Source: Octopus sinensis (taxonomy: Eukaryota). Taken from it: 64,000 bases of DNA. The notes under the pieces are model-generated. The model was not told the origin of the DNA, did not search any database, and saw only the letters and a list, made by a program, of their open reading frames with translations. Positions within the stretch are counted from its first letter, which is position 1. Every line of letters begins with the position of its first letter. The stretch covers positions 75,392,001 to 75,456,000 of the forward strand of contig NC_043008.1 in NCBI RefSeq assembly GCF_006345805.1, written 5' to 3'. Position numbers and translations under genes: made by a program. Below are positions 38,790-52,702 of the stretch, in pieces.

Positions 38790-39490
38790 TTATATGTTGT
38801 GCCTTAAATAAGGTTGATGCAGGTCCCGCAAGTGGGGAAGCCACACTTTTTAACTGTTGGTGTAATATTGTAGAACTAATTTAGCACTTGTGAGGAATTT
38901 TTTTAGGGATTTTGTTTTTTACTTTTGATTACTTTGTGAATTTCGAATGCTTGTTTCATTCTTGGGTCCTGTTTTAGGAATGGAATGTTCTGGCGGATAA
39001 TATTGTAAACCTCTACCTTTCTTGATATATGTACTGTAATAAATGGTAGAGTATTGGATGCATCTGGAGAGTTTTTTTTCTTTTCCGTAGTTCCTCGTCA
39101 TCTATAGCTTTGGCACTTTCTATTCCTATGTTTATGGATGTTAATGGATATTGTCTTTTAAGTAATACTTCTTTTAGTTCCTGGAGTCATTTATTGCGAG
39201 TTTTAAGGTTTAAGATAATTGGGCAGATTCGTCTTGCTAGATTAAAGGGGATATTATTCTTCATGTGTTTGGGATGGCATGAGGAGAACAGTAAGTATTG
39301 TTTAGAATCTCTTTGTAGTGAATTTCTGTCTCAAAGTTCTATATCTTTTGATGATTAGTATATCCAAGAATGGTAGTGGAGATTTACTGTATTCCATATT
39401 GTTTATGCTGTTGAGTAGATTTTTGAAATCTATAAGTTGTTCAAATGTGTGCGTCTATAAGATTAGGCAGTCATCTAAGTTTCCACTTTT
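38790..39490 (-). mobile_element. Penelope-like element remnant (RT C-terminus to Cys linker)
   Basis: Minus strand LDDCLI, FLDI, HPKHMKNNIPFNLARRICPII, VKKCGFPTCGTCINL. Confidence 0.8.
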
Positions 39491-40239
39491 CTAGTAGATA
39501 TTTGTGTGTGTGTGTGTGAGTGCGTGTGTAACGTGCATGTATGTATATATGTGCTCGTGTAATTTTCAATGACGTCTTAATCGTACTTACTGGCGCCTGA
39601 TACATTGAAATGTTTGTGTGTATTTTTATTCTTGCACAATTTACAGTATTCTATTGGAGGACACTGCCTAAACATTTCCAAAAACATTAAGATAAACAAT
39701 CACACATCATGTTTTTTTTTAAGTTAGAACAAACTTACTTTACGACAAATTATTTACATTAAGATTCCTGTTTATGTAGCTTCTTGTAAACTTAGTATGA
39801 AGATAAATAAATTTCTCTTATAACTGTCTATTTTAGTTTCTTTACTCCTAAGTTTATAGCTGTTCCCTTAAGAAACAAATATCGTGAGGCGCATCACGTC
39901 ACAAGCATAAGACCATAATCTATTCTTCTCGAATAATCATCTTTTTGTCCTTCTTCTGCCTCCTCTTCCTCCTCTGCTGCTGCTGCTACTAATACTACTA
40001 ATACTACTAATACTACTTGTAGTAACTTTAGTAATAGTAGGTGCACAAATTGTAATTATTAGTAGTAGTTTTGGTGATTTAAGAGTAATGTAGCAGTTGT
40101 TACTTGCAGCGTTACAGTCTTTTTATAGGCGCCCCACTAGAAAACTAACGATTACACTGAGGAAGAGTTGATGAAGAATAAGTTCCATTATATCACCCCT
40201 TTCTTAATTGCCCTGATACATACTTTATGAATATATATT

Positions 40240-40691
40240 TTATGTTACTTGTTTCAACCATTAGACTGGGGCCATGCTGGGGCACGACCTTCAAGAATAT
40301 TTAGTCAAATGAATCGTCTCCAGGACTTATTTGCTTTAAGCCTGGTACTTATTCTATCGACCTCTTTTGCAGAACAGCTAACTTATTGGAACGCGAACAC
40401 ACCAACACCGGTTGTCAAGCAGTGGTGGGAGACAGTCACACATATATTCAAACTAATATATATATATATATTTGTGTGTGTGAGTTGTGTATGTGTGTGA
40501 GTGTCTGTGTATGTGTGTGTATATATTTTCTGCATACTACTCTCACTTTTCATCTACCAAATCCATTCACAAGTCTTTGGTTGGCCCGAGGCTATAGTAA
40601 AAGACACTTCCCAAGCTTCCACACAGTGGAACTGAACCCGGAACCATGTAGTTGAGAATCAAGCTTCTTACCACACAACCACGCCTGCGCC
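40240..40691 (-). mobile_element. SINE family 2, full copy
   Basis: Reverse-complement homolog of 31377-31752. Confidence 0.88.
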
Positions 40692-41036
40692 TATAACCCT
40701 GACTTCGATATGATTAGAACTAGAAAGTATCAAGAAGTGACGTACTTATTCTTTCCAATACATTAGCCACTCGTCACTCCGCTCTCTATTCACTTTTCCC
40801 TAAATTAATAACGACTGAAGACAGCGATGTACATCATAATCCAAGACTAGAATACTTTCAGATAAAAAAAAAAAAACTCAAACACAAAATAATTAGAAAT
40901 TATGAACAGTTGACAGATGAAAGAAAAAATAAAAACAATCAAGATTTATTCTTATTCTGAATAAAGATATTCTAGAAATATTTCTTTATCTGCCTATAAA
41001 CTAAAATAATCAATGTTCAGTTCTGTTCGTTTACGA

Positions 41037-41087
<51 letters not shown>

Positions 41088-41698
41088 GAGCAGCAGTAGT
41101 GATGTTATAGTTGTTGCTTTTTGTTTTGTACAGAAACAGGATATATTCAGTTATTCTGCTCACAAAAAATAATAGCTGCTTTCATGTTGATAATATTAAT
41201 AATACGGGAACTATCAATTTTCTTAGAGAAAGAGTGAGAGAGAGGGAGAGAAAGAGTGGTTGAGTGAGATAGATGCAGAGAGACAGAGAGACAGTGTGTG
41301 TGTATGTGTGTGTGTTGCTGAGTCATTAAGCATCTCTTCAGATGATATAAAATACACTTTTATCTCTGAAGTATGTCTTTGTTGATACTTTCGTCTGTTA
41401 TCTCGACACGTTCGACACTTGTTGAACATCATTGCTGAGTTTGTTGCTTTTACTGTCAATCTCAATTTTCTCAGAAACGTCTCGAAACCAACGTCAACAC
41501 TAGGCAATAAACACACATTTAAATTGCATTTAGAACACACAAATACACGTATACAAACAAAATATTTATGCATAAATAGGCGCACACATAGACACACACG
41601 CATATACATATCTATAAATATATTTATGAAAACATTATTTTATTCCTTTATTCTTTTACTTGTTTCAGTCTTTTTACTACGGCATGCTGGGGTACCAC

Positions 41699-41730
<32 letters not shown>

Positions 41731-41782
41731 CTAGAGATAGAGAGAGAGGTGAAAAAATGTGCATCTATCTATCTATCTATCA

Positions 41783-41813
<31 letters not shown>

Positions 41814-41815
41814 GT

Positions 41816-41907
<92 letters not shown>

Positions 41908-41910
41908 CGT

Positions 41911-42210
41911 GGAGGCACAATGGCCCAGTGGTTAGGGCAGCGGACTCGCGTTATTAGGATCGCGGTGTCGATTCCCAGACCAAGCGTTGTGAGTGTTTAT
42001 TGAGCGAAAACACCTAAAAGCTCCACGAGGCTCGGGCAGGGGGTGGTGGCGATCCCTGCTGTACTTTCTCTCACTTTATCTTCTGTTGGCCTGCTCGCTT
42101 AGCCAGCGGGGTGGCATCATTTGAAGGCTAAAACAATGCGAAGCGCATTGTGACCAGCGATGTGTAGCAACATCTGATAGCCTGGTCGGTTACGGTGATC
42201 ACGGTGATAT
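41911..42210 (+). mobile_element. tRNA-type SINE family 3
   Basis: tggcccagtgg A-box and gtcgattcc B-box-like head, then non-tRNA body; weaker relatives at about 56110-56260 and 60105-60350. Confidence 0.7.
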
Positions 42211-42248
42211 ATATATACAGACACATACATACGAATATGTATGTATAT

Positions 42249-43379
42249 TGTTACGCCGCGCGCAAACCCAAGGCCTTCCGATGCCACCACAGGCCCTCAC
42301 GCGGGGAACAGCCCGCTTGCGACGGCGACGGCTCAGTAAATCTAAAATCCACCACGGGAGGGGGGGGGGCAGCGAACGCAGCCAGGAACCAACAACAACA
42401 AAAGAAAGAGACACACACAGCGGACTTGTGTAATTCAAAACATTTTTTTTTCACAAAAGCATTCAACAACAAAGGTTAGCAAACATAATACAGAGTTCGA
42501 AAAACAAATCATTTACATTTAACACAATACAGAGTACTTTCCCTCTTTTTTTTAACACAATTAACAGTTCTCAAAAGTTCCACTTTTCTCTTCTTTCTTT
42601 TCTTTTCTCTCTCTTCTTCTAACACATTTAACACATCAAGGTTTAGAACACAATTTCTTTTTTCTTCTAACACAGAGAGTTTGTTCTCAAAGCTCCTATT
42701 TCCTCTTCTTTATTTTCTTTTAAAAACAGTCAACAACACGCTCTTTTTTCTTTCTTTTTTTTTTAAACATTTACAAGTTCTCTTTTTTTTTCCTTTTCTT
42801 TTCAAAAGTTTATGTCAGAGTCCTTTTTTTTCATGATTTAATATTTGACAACAATATCGTTTCTCTTTTTTTTTTACATTTAAACATCAAAATTTAAGAC
42901 ACAGAGAAAAACAACATTTAACAGAACATTTTTCTCTTAACTTCACATCTCCTACTACAACAACTTGCCTGGCCGTCCAGTTGTTCAGTCTGCCTCCTTA
43001 TCCCCGTCATTTCCAACTGACCATCTGTCTCTCAAGACCACGTCCACTCACTTGTCCGGTCTCCGCTCACACTGACCGTCATGTCCGGTCCTCCGCTGAC
43101 TGACTTGGCAACTTAACGCTACCCGTATATATAACACCGTCAGCCAGAAAGAAAGACATATCGTACGACAACAGTGTGTATTACCCTTGTCTTCTTTAAA
43201 CTTTCTGTGACCGTAAGGGGCCAGAGTTCAAGTGCCTACGGTCATTAATAATCGTGCTCCTTGACAGGACAAAGGAAATACCACTGTCCTAAACAACTGG
43301 AGCACCGGTTCGATTCCAACAAATGGAACAAGGGGCATAATGTTTTTTTATGTTCGTCACTATTTTTCCGTTCGTAACA
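42249..43379. mobile_element. Solo LTR (Gypsy-like)
   Basis: TGTTACG...CGTAACA termini, 4-bp TSD ATAT (42245-42248, 43380-43383), 1131 bp, TATA-like tract near 43125, no ORF. Confidence 0.72.
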
Positions 43380-43655
43380 ATATGTATATCGTGGATCTCT
43401 CGGTTTCCACAATGAGGGTCTCAGTTGTATTAACTGAATTTCTTGCAACAAACCCCACGAGTCAATTCCGGAGTAAAGAATGTGACAATTGCACAAGAGG
43501 CTGTGAAGTGCCATTCAACAGTTGAATACATGATTGCAAAACCGAATGGTTAACGATACAGCCATTTGTGCCTAAGCGCGAGCGCACACAGTCACAGACG
43601 CGTGCGCACACACTTTTACAAACACGCTCGCGCATACATACACATGCACACACGC

Positions 43656-43690
<35 letters not shown>

Positions 43691-43879
43691 ATATAAATAT
43701 ATATATATGTATATGCACATCTACACATACACACAAACATACGCATCTTCATGTATCCTTACATTGTGGGTGGAGCCACGATTTTGACTGGTGTTCTCAT
43801 GCTTAAAGGGTTTTAACATTATATGTCTTACTCTCCCAATTTCCAACATACTCAAAATTCTACCATTCACATGTAGGTA

Positions 43880-43905
43880 TTTATCTATCTATCTATGTAT
43901 CTATG

Positions 43906-43978
<73 letters not shown>

Positions 43979-44123
43979 GTCTGTCTGTCTATCTGTCTAT
44001 CAGTCAATCTTTCGTTCTGTCTTTCGTTATTTCTGTCGTTCTTTCTTTCTTTCTTTCTTTACATATGTATAGATTTATGTATGATTGTAAGTGTGTATGT
44101 ATGTATGAATGTATTTCTAACTA

Positions 44124-44154
<31 letters not shown>

Positions 44155-44310
44155 GTTTCTTTCTATATATATATATGTACAGATCTATGTATGTATGAAT
44201 ATGTATATATGTATGCATGTATGTATGTATGTATTTCTCTCTCTCTCACACTATCTATGTATCTACGTATTTATTTAGTAATCTATCTAGCTACCTGTCT
44301 GTCTCTTTCT
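43880..44310. repeat. (CTAT)n/(GTCT)n/(GTAT)n compound microsatellite
   Basis: Directly visible; a similar tract lies at 41765-41905. Confidence 0.95.
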
Positions 44311-44832
44311 GTACCTATTTAGTTATCAAGCCAACAGATTTAAAATCCACGCAAAGCTATATATTAAGAATTAATTCATTTCGAAAAAGTAAACGTATTC
44401 AGGAAGCGAAGATTAGCTGCTGTAAGTATATTTTTTCTGTTATTTCAAAATGTTGCTACATCTTAGATGATTATACCAGTAGCAAGCACATGCACTAATT
44501 TCATTGCATTATTTGTTTTTACTAGTCAACTGGTTAAGCATTTAACGAATTAGCTAATCAATTGTTTGTCAAATAATGAGTCAGGTTTGTTTGATTGGTT
44601 GATTGACCGAAAGATTAATCGAAAAATCGACAAGTTAAAGGATTAAATGGTGAGTCACTTGCGTAACAAAAATGAACAAGTGTAATAAAAACAGTTCCTG
44701 CGTTTATTACTGGCACAGTGATCCTTCTAAAATAAACTGTTTCAACACAAGTCATAAAGAAGAGCGAATTTAAGTATTTTAAATGCATATCGGTTAATAT
44801 GTAAGTATTCACTTCTAATATGTTTGTGTATG

Positions 44833-44901
<69 letters not shown>

Positions 44902-46215
44902 GGGAATATGATTCCAAACTTACAGGGAAAAATTCAATATAGTAATACTAAATCAAATATAATTTAATTATATCACTGTTGAATTGCTATATGGTGGTTC
45001 TCTAATTTATATATATATTTATACACAAATGTTCTTACCACCTAAGGTGTTCACTACTGTCTGAGAGGTGGTTACTCGGAGGATGAGGGAGAATATCTAT
45101 GATCACGAATATCAGTTTGAGAGGTTAAGAAGTTATACAAAGCTATTTGTTATTTATGATTATCATCTCTTAGTACAGCTCAGTATAGAAGAGCTGAGAC
45201 CATTGTAAACTCTTGTAATTTTTATGTTATGTTCGCGATTAGGATCATTGTCACCAAATATCTGTAGACAAGCAATAATGTTTTGTAGACAATTTAAAAC
45301 TATAGGCGGAAATTATCGTGTGTCATCTGTATTCTCAACTTGTTCCTTTTCCAGCATCAGCTTTTCGTTAGATAAACTCCTTTTCTGGGACGCTAGCAGC
45401 TCAATCATATTATCCATGACTTCTTCAAATTCTACGCGGGATTTCGAGGACTACGTGTTTGGACAGGATGTTGTTGTCGCCTCGTTGTCTAGGGAACGAA
45501 TTTTTAGTGGCACCAGTTGTTGGCACGTGCTTGCAAGTGTGTGTGTGTGAGTGTGTGGATATATGTGATGTATTAGTGTGTGAGCGCGCATGTCTAGTGC
45601 GTTTAATGTTGATTTGTCTGCTGTGCATGTGAGCGTATGTAATCTGATGGCATCGGTTTGTTGGCGTATACTGACCTGTGTATCAGCTGCATGCCTGTCG
45701 GTGCGTACGTGTCTGTAATTGCTTCCATGTGTGTGTGTGCGCACGAACGTATGTTTATGTATACGTGTGCATTAGTAATTTGTGTGTATAAGTATGTGCG
45801 CGTCTGTATCCGTGTGTGTATGTACAAATACATCTAGTAAGTGTGTATATATGCCTATCGCTGCATTTGTGTATGTACCCATGTATCTGCATGAACGGTT
45901 GAGTATATGTCTACAGCTGATATGTGAGTATAAGCATACCTCTGGTATTTAGCTGTGCGAGTGAAGGTCTGGTATATGGGACTGATATGTGAATATGGGC
46001 ATATACTGATGCGCTGGTGTGTTGTGTATGTTGCCAGATGGTGGAAACAGCGTTATTGAGGGATTAATCAGATTCGTTGTTGTATTAATCTTAAATTGGT
46101 GATAATAGAAGAAAGAAAAGCACTATACACGTTTACATTTATGTATATACACACAGACGCACACCCACACATGCACACATATACACACGCACCCACACAC
46201 CCACACCTAATCCCC

Positions 46216-46274
<59 letters not shown>

Positions 46275-46276
<2 letters not shown>

Positions 46277-47795
46277 TAAGGCAATATTGGAAGATTGCAG
46301 AAAAGATTTAATGCTGGAAGGACTGGATGTATCAGTCCGTGGCAGCGGAGGTTAAGTATCGTGCCTTTGCTGTGGAAGCAGTCAGGTTTGTTGTTCCTGT
46401 TGATGTATATTGAATGTTGGTAGAGGAGATACAGTCTTTTGCCGACGTAGGATTGGCAATTTCAGACACTGGGTAATAAAGTGGTGCTATTCGATGATAC
46501 ACCATTCGATGTTGCAGACGCACCGAATGTCACGAAGTCTCCAGGTGAAGCGGACAAGGAAGTGCAATTTTATCTATCCTGCATCTGAGTATTTGCATAT
46601 GTTGTGTATACCTACCCTTTCACTCTTTTATCACCATTCCTGTGTAATGTCTTGTGATGTCGACGGATGATATGGGAGTAGCACACTAGATCACAGCCTT
46701 TGAGAGGCAAGTACTCGCAGCGAGCAGTTGTTATGGTTTCGGAAGTCGCAGGTTAGGGCTGAAGGCCGTGTAGGTGAGTGGTTGGGTCTATTGTAGCGTG
46801 CGATGTTGAAAGCATTGTTGTTTGAGCAATTGTATCTTATCTTCACGTTGTGTGAATCGCAAAGCTCATAGTACTTATAGCCTTTAAGAAAATGCTTTTG
46901 ATCAACGACAGTAAGCTTCTAACTATACTGCTTTAAACTCTTAGTTTAAATCAGTGGTTGAACCAGATTATCTTACTCTTTCTAGTTCTTATTATATTTG
47001 GGGGTGAGCGTGGGTGGGCAGTCCATATATGTTAAATTCTCGGTGAAAATTGATTAATAACACGTTATAATGGGGTGGGGGTAGCCGTTTTGAAGTTTTT
47101 TCGATCTGCTGAAGGTTTAGAGGTCTTTCTGCTTATACATAGATTATCTTATACGTACAGCTAGAGCTTCGGTGTTTATACAGTTTCCTCGATGGGCTTC
47201 GTGTAAAGGCAGTACTTACCCGTTTTAGAGGTCTAAGGTTCTATCTAGAAAGTCGTCCGTTGTCATGTTGGTAATAACTGTTATGGGTAGGCTTAACACT
47301 TTGAAGACATTTACTAGATCCTTTTTGAAATTGAAACTTGACCGCCGATGCGGCTTGAGATTACCAGGACTACATTCCTATCCAGAATCGTCCAAATATG
47401 TGTGTGCGTACTTCCTAAGGGTATGCAAGTTAAGCTGCTCGATGTGATCAGCGATATCAGCCATGTCATAGTTCCTCATAGATGCGAGAACCCTGGATCG
47501 ACTTTAACCAGTAAAGGTCATCATGAACCAAGATTGAATGTCTGGCGTTCTGGAGGATTCTAATATAAAGGTGTCTTATATCAAAAGTCTGTAACTGGAT
47601 CTCTGCAGTCCGAGCTCAGGTACGACTATATAAGGAAATGAAAGAAAGTGGCACTCAATATATTTGCTAGGACTTACATATATTATTGAATAACAGTTTG
47701 TTTCAGACGCATGTAAGAAAGCTTTGTGGGCTCCTAAGATGGAGAAAGTTCAAAATGGACACTGATGACCGAGCTGCAAATGGTCAAGGCACCCT
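46275..47795 (-). mobile_element. Degraded Penelope-like element between (TA)n tracts
   Basis: Minus strand DFLDRTLDL*NGKYCLYTKP (RT) and RTRKSKIIWFN (IIWFNPP motif). Confidence 0.75.
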
Positions 47796-47808
47796 GTATA
47801 TATATCTA

Positions 47809-47865
<57 letters not shown>

Positions 47866-48390
47866 GCACATACATACATAGATACATACATACATACATA
47901 CATGCATATAATGTGACTAGGGTGTTAGGAAGCAACTCCATTGCTGAAATTAAAAGCTAAAGCACTCTAATGCTATAGTTAACACACAGGAATGAAAAGG
48001 CATACACTAACAGGGACCATAATTAATCGTGAATTAATAAAACTGACGTCAGAATTGGCAATTTCTATTGCCTCATCATCTAAGCACGCTCGATTGTTAG
48101 GCTCTTTTCGGACCCGCTTCACTATTAGTACTTATATTTTCGTCATCTGAATTATTGGATGATTTAGCGATTCGTTAATATGTATATATAAATTAATATA
48201 AAAAGCAGTTTGCAATGTTTCACCAAAAGGAGAATTATAATTATCACTAAAGACGACGGGGGTGTTAGGAAACACATCTATTACTGGAAATAAGAGATAA
48301 AGCGGTCCTGACACCGTAGTCACATTTAGTGAGGATTTAAATTCTCCTTTTTTGTGAAACATTGCAAACTGCTGTTTATATTAATTTTAC

Positions 48391-48441
<51 letters not shown>

Positions 48442-48587
48442 TTCACACAGACACAGACACAGACACAGACACACACACACATACACACACACACATGCAC
48501 ACACACACACACACATGCACACACACACACACACATACACACACACACATACACACACACACACGCGCGCGCATATGTATGAATATA

Positions 48588-48807
48588 CAAGGAGGGGCTG
48601 AGAAGTTCCTGGCTTTAATGTTATCATGAAAGGCCTGGCTGGAAGCCCAAATTTCCCAGGTCTTTTACAGGGCTTATAAGCACTGAAGGTCCGCTGCAAT
48701 CAGTGTGTGAGTCTCAGAGGGGAATATTTTAGTAAAATCAGAATTAATTAATCCTCCTGTATTTTCTTTTACCCAAAACAAAGATCTTTTCCGCAGCCAC
48801 CACCTCG
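48588..48807. mobile_element. Short mariner-derived MITE
   Basis: ta|caaggaggggctg.gaag ... ttttccgcagccaccacctcg|ta imperfect TIRs with TA flanks. Confidence 0.55.
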
Positions 48808-50963
48808 TATGCATACTTGAAAATTCAGAAGTGTTTAAAAGTATTGTGCTACGGCATCAGTTGAAAAAAATAGTGAAATATTTAGATTCTAATTAATATC
48901 GGCATTTAACGAAGTAATTTATGTGGAAGTTGGCGCATTAATGCATGATCAATATTGGCCTTTGGATATTCATAAGTACAACGGTCTGAATTACAGAAAA
49001 GAATGTGTTGTAGACGAAAATTTTATGTTATATGAAATAGTAAATTCCATATTTTTCTGCATTGTTAGAATTTTGAGTATGTTTCTATAATATAGTTATA
49101 GGACAGTGCTTCTAAACACTTTACAAAATTCGAGTTAACATTTCACATGAAACCGGATGTTTGGAGGTCATATAATTGAATAATTTTATTCAAACTGACT
49201 GAAGATAATTGAATATTTCAGATTAAAGTTGATCAATCTAAAGAACAGTTGGAAATAACTTCACAGAATGAAAGCCGTCCTGTATTAGTGTACTACAGAG
49301 ACCCTTCAGGCATCAGATATATCATTTAATCTAAAACGTTTCTGTAAAGGTCAATTTATTGTTGAAAATTTAAAGGTGTTAAATATAGTATGTAGTAAAA
49401 TGATATAGATTCTCTGCATCGTCAAGTGTCCTACGTTTGTAGTAGATATAATTATATAAATATATGTATGTGAGTGCGTGCCACTGTATTGGCGTGTGAG
49501 TGCGTGCGCATGTGAATGTGTATGTGTATATGGTTGTGTTTGTATATGCGTATATGTGAGTGTATGCATTACGTAATCTTATTTATAAGTATAAATAACC
49601 ACGGTGGTCTCTCTACACTTAACGGAGTCGTAGAAACGCTGCCATGACATACAGCACGTTTTGGCTACTTTTAGTATAAAAGTCTGTGCAAGTCTTATTT
49701 CTTCTAGGCTGCAAAACTTGAGAGAAAGTGAGAAAAACAAAGAACCTAACGAAGTATAAGACCGGATTTAGAGTGAAAAACGACGCCGATTTTGATGTGA
49801 CTCAATATTTCGTATTTCCGTACTGATCTCTAATGGTAAGTTTGGAACAATAATTTTCACAAATCCGTTAGTTCTTCATAGTTTCGAGATTTCACATTGA
49901 TTGCTTTTGGGAAGGTATAATACTGTTCCTACGAGCATTTTCGACTTACTATAAAGAGTGCTAACAACACGCAATTATCTGCTTACACTTTATTTTGTTG
50001 AAGTAAATGTAGGGATATTCAAGCCAGATCAATATATAAAGTATATTTTAAATACATGAAATACAACAAATGTATATATGTTTACGTACAAAAGGGTCCG
50101 ACTTACACAGAATACATATGGTATAGAGAATTAAAGGTGTTAAAGTAAAATATTACCAATTATTATTTTGTTGATAGGTATGTGCAGGTATCGAAATTAT
50201 GCTCGATGATAGATATAGGAAATCTAGGGTTCCATATTATACATGAAGGACTAAGAAGGAAATACGCTAAATTCTTTATATAACTATTCCAGTTTCAGCT
50301 CAGTGTTTCTCTATTATAACACACGCGTATACACCTACGGTTATACACATGCGCATATTAGATACATATACCTACATACGTTACATGATGGCTGCACACT
50401 CGCGACCAAGGAAGGCCATCACTGGCCATTGATTATACAAAATGCCAGCAATGCTCGTGCATGAGTTTATGGCACAGACGGTCGGCTTCCATGGTCGCCG
50501 TGGTACCCTCCTTGTCATCCTGGGATTGAAAATCGCCTCGCCGGCGATTGCAAACCTTAACTAGTAGGTCCAATAAGGCTAGCACTAGATCTCTTAGACC
50601 CTCTTCACTCTACTGATATAATCGAGAGACAAACTACGGCAAAATATCCAATGCCAACAAAGGTCGCAGTCTCTTGAATTTGAGAGCACCATAATCACAG
50701 CACAGGCAAAAGATCATCAAAACTTTCAATGACATTCCCTGCATATTTGGTTTCATATAAGTGACATACTCTTTGAAACATACTTTAACAAAAGTTGAGA
50801 GGTGCCTCATTATCAATAGTTTCCCAGCACGCGGGACACCAACCCAGAATTTCTGAGTCTCTGGGCTGTTGCATCAGATTCACAAAACACAAAATAAGAT
50901 CATCCGTCTGCTTAAGAGGTCTAGTCTGTAGTGCTGCTGGATTTCTAGCAAACCTCCTCGCCA

Positions 50964-50994
<31 letters not shown>

Positions 50995-51044
50995 GTGCAT
51001 GCGTGCATACATACATACAAACATACATACATAAACACATACAT

Positions 51045-51441
51045 ATATTCCTTTATTCTTCTATTAGTTTCAGTCATTTGACTGCGGCCACGCTGGAGCA
51101 CCGCCTTTGGTCGAATACATCGACGCCAGAACTTATTCTTTGTAAGCCTAGTACTTATCCTGTCGGTCTCTTTTCCCGAACCGCTAAGTTACGGGGAGGT
51201 ATACACATCAACATCGGTTGTCAAGCGATGGTGGGGGACAAACACACACATACAAACATACACACACACTTACGTATATATACAACGTGCTTCTTTCAGT
51301 TTCTACCAAATCCACTCACAAGGGATTGACCGGCAAGTGGCTATAGTAGAAGACACATGCTCAAGGTGCCACGCAGTGGGACTGAACGTGGAATCTGGTG
51401 GTTGGTAAGCAAGCTTCTTACAACAAAGCCACACCTGCGCC
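51045..51441 (-). mobile_element. SINE family 2, full copy
   Basis: Reverse-complement homolog of 31377-31752. Confidence 0.88.
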
Positions 51442-51458
51442 TATGTGTATATATGTGA

Positions 51459-51492
<34 letters not shown>

Positions 51493-51502
51493 TATATATA
51501 TG

Positions 51503-51576
<74 letters not shown>

Positions 51577-51784
51577 GTGAAATAGAAAGATGAATAATCT
51601 TGTAGTAGATTAATCAAAAGTTTAACCGATACCTTAGTAGCAAAAATCACAGCAGTGAACAGCACGGTTGGAGGTACAACCATCTGGCGTTGCAACCGTG
51701 CGTTGGTGCGGATAATTGAAATTAAAACATTATTGGTGAATTGAAGAAATGGAGCTGAACGCAGATTGAACAGAAATCGTTTTA

Positions 51785-51873
51785 TTTCATTCTACACGTG
51801 TTTCGAAAGGCACAAATTACCAAAATCCGATTGAATAATGGGACCATATTGTGTCTTTCTCTTCAGGAAGAAA
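51785..51873 (-). ncRNA. Type I hammerhead ribozyme (mirror copy)
   Basis: Reverse complement of 52614-52702. Confidence 0.82.
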
Positions 51874-52613
51874 AAAGGAAATCCGTTGGAAAAACAAAAA
51901 CAGAACAGAGGCAGAGCAAAAAACAGATCGAACTGTGCTCCTAAGAGCCCATGGCGAAACTGTTTATCAGTGTATGTTGAGAACCGGTGGCTGAAGAATT
52001 CAACAGGTCAGGCATCGGTCACTCATGTGGGTGAGGGTGTATAGATGTTCTTTGTGACCGAGAATAAAGTTCTGACTATTTAAAGAATATTGGATGTTTT
52101 ATAAGGGGCGAGAAAAAATCTACTTAGAGACGTGTGTGTGTGTATACTGTTCTATATATGTGTGTGTTGGCGTAGGGGTAGAAAACATTTTTTGTGTACG
52201 TGTGTGCGTTTGATCGTTCGGCTGTCAGTGGCTACTGCCGTGATCACGGCAGTAGCCACTGACAGCCGAACGATCAAACGCACACACGTACACAAAAAAT
52301 GTTTTCTACCCCTACGCCAACACACACATATATAGAACAGTATACACACACACACGTCTCTAAGTAGATTTTTTCTCGCCCCTTATAAAACATCCAATAT
52401 TCTTTAAATAGTCAGAACTTTATTCTCGGTCACAAAGAACATCTATACACCCTCACCCACATGATTGACCGATGCCTGACCTGTTGAATTCTTCAGCCAC
52501 CGGTTCTCAACATACACTGATAAACAGTTTCGCCATGGGCTCTTAGGAGCACAGTTCGATCTGTTTTTTGCTCTGCCTCTGTTCTGTTTTTGTTTTTCCA
52601 ACGGATTTCCTTT

Positions 52614-52702
52614 TTTCTTCCTGAAGAGAAAGACACAATATGGTCCCATTATTCAATCGGATTTTGGTAATTTGTGCCTTTCGAAACACGTGTAGAATGA
52701 AA
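52614..52702 (+). ncRNA. Type I hammerhead ribozyme
   Basis: Stem I TTTCTTC/GAATGAAA (one bulge), CTGAAGA 52621-52627, stem II GAAAGACACAA/TTGTGCCTTTC (10 of 11 pairs), GAAA 52683-52686, palindromic stem III ACACGTGT, GUA with predicted cleavage after 52694. Confidence 0.82.

Noticed and set aside
50400-50960. RLE-type LINE remnant on the minus strand
   Set aside because: Only vague motif resemblance; too decayed to call.
51838-52649. Pairs of identical ORFs on opposite strands
   Set aside because: Automatic consequence of the palindrome; not independent genes.
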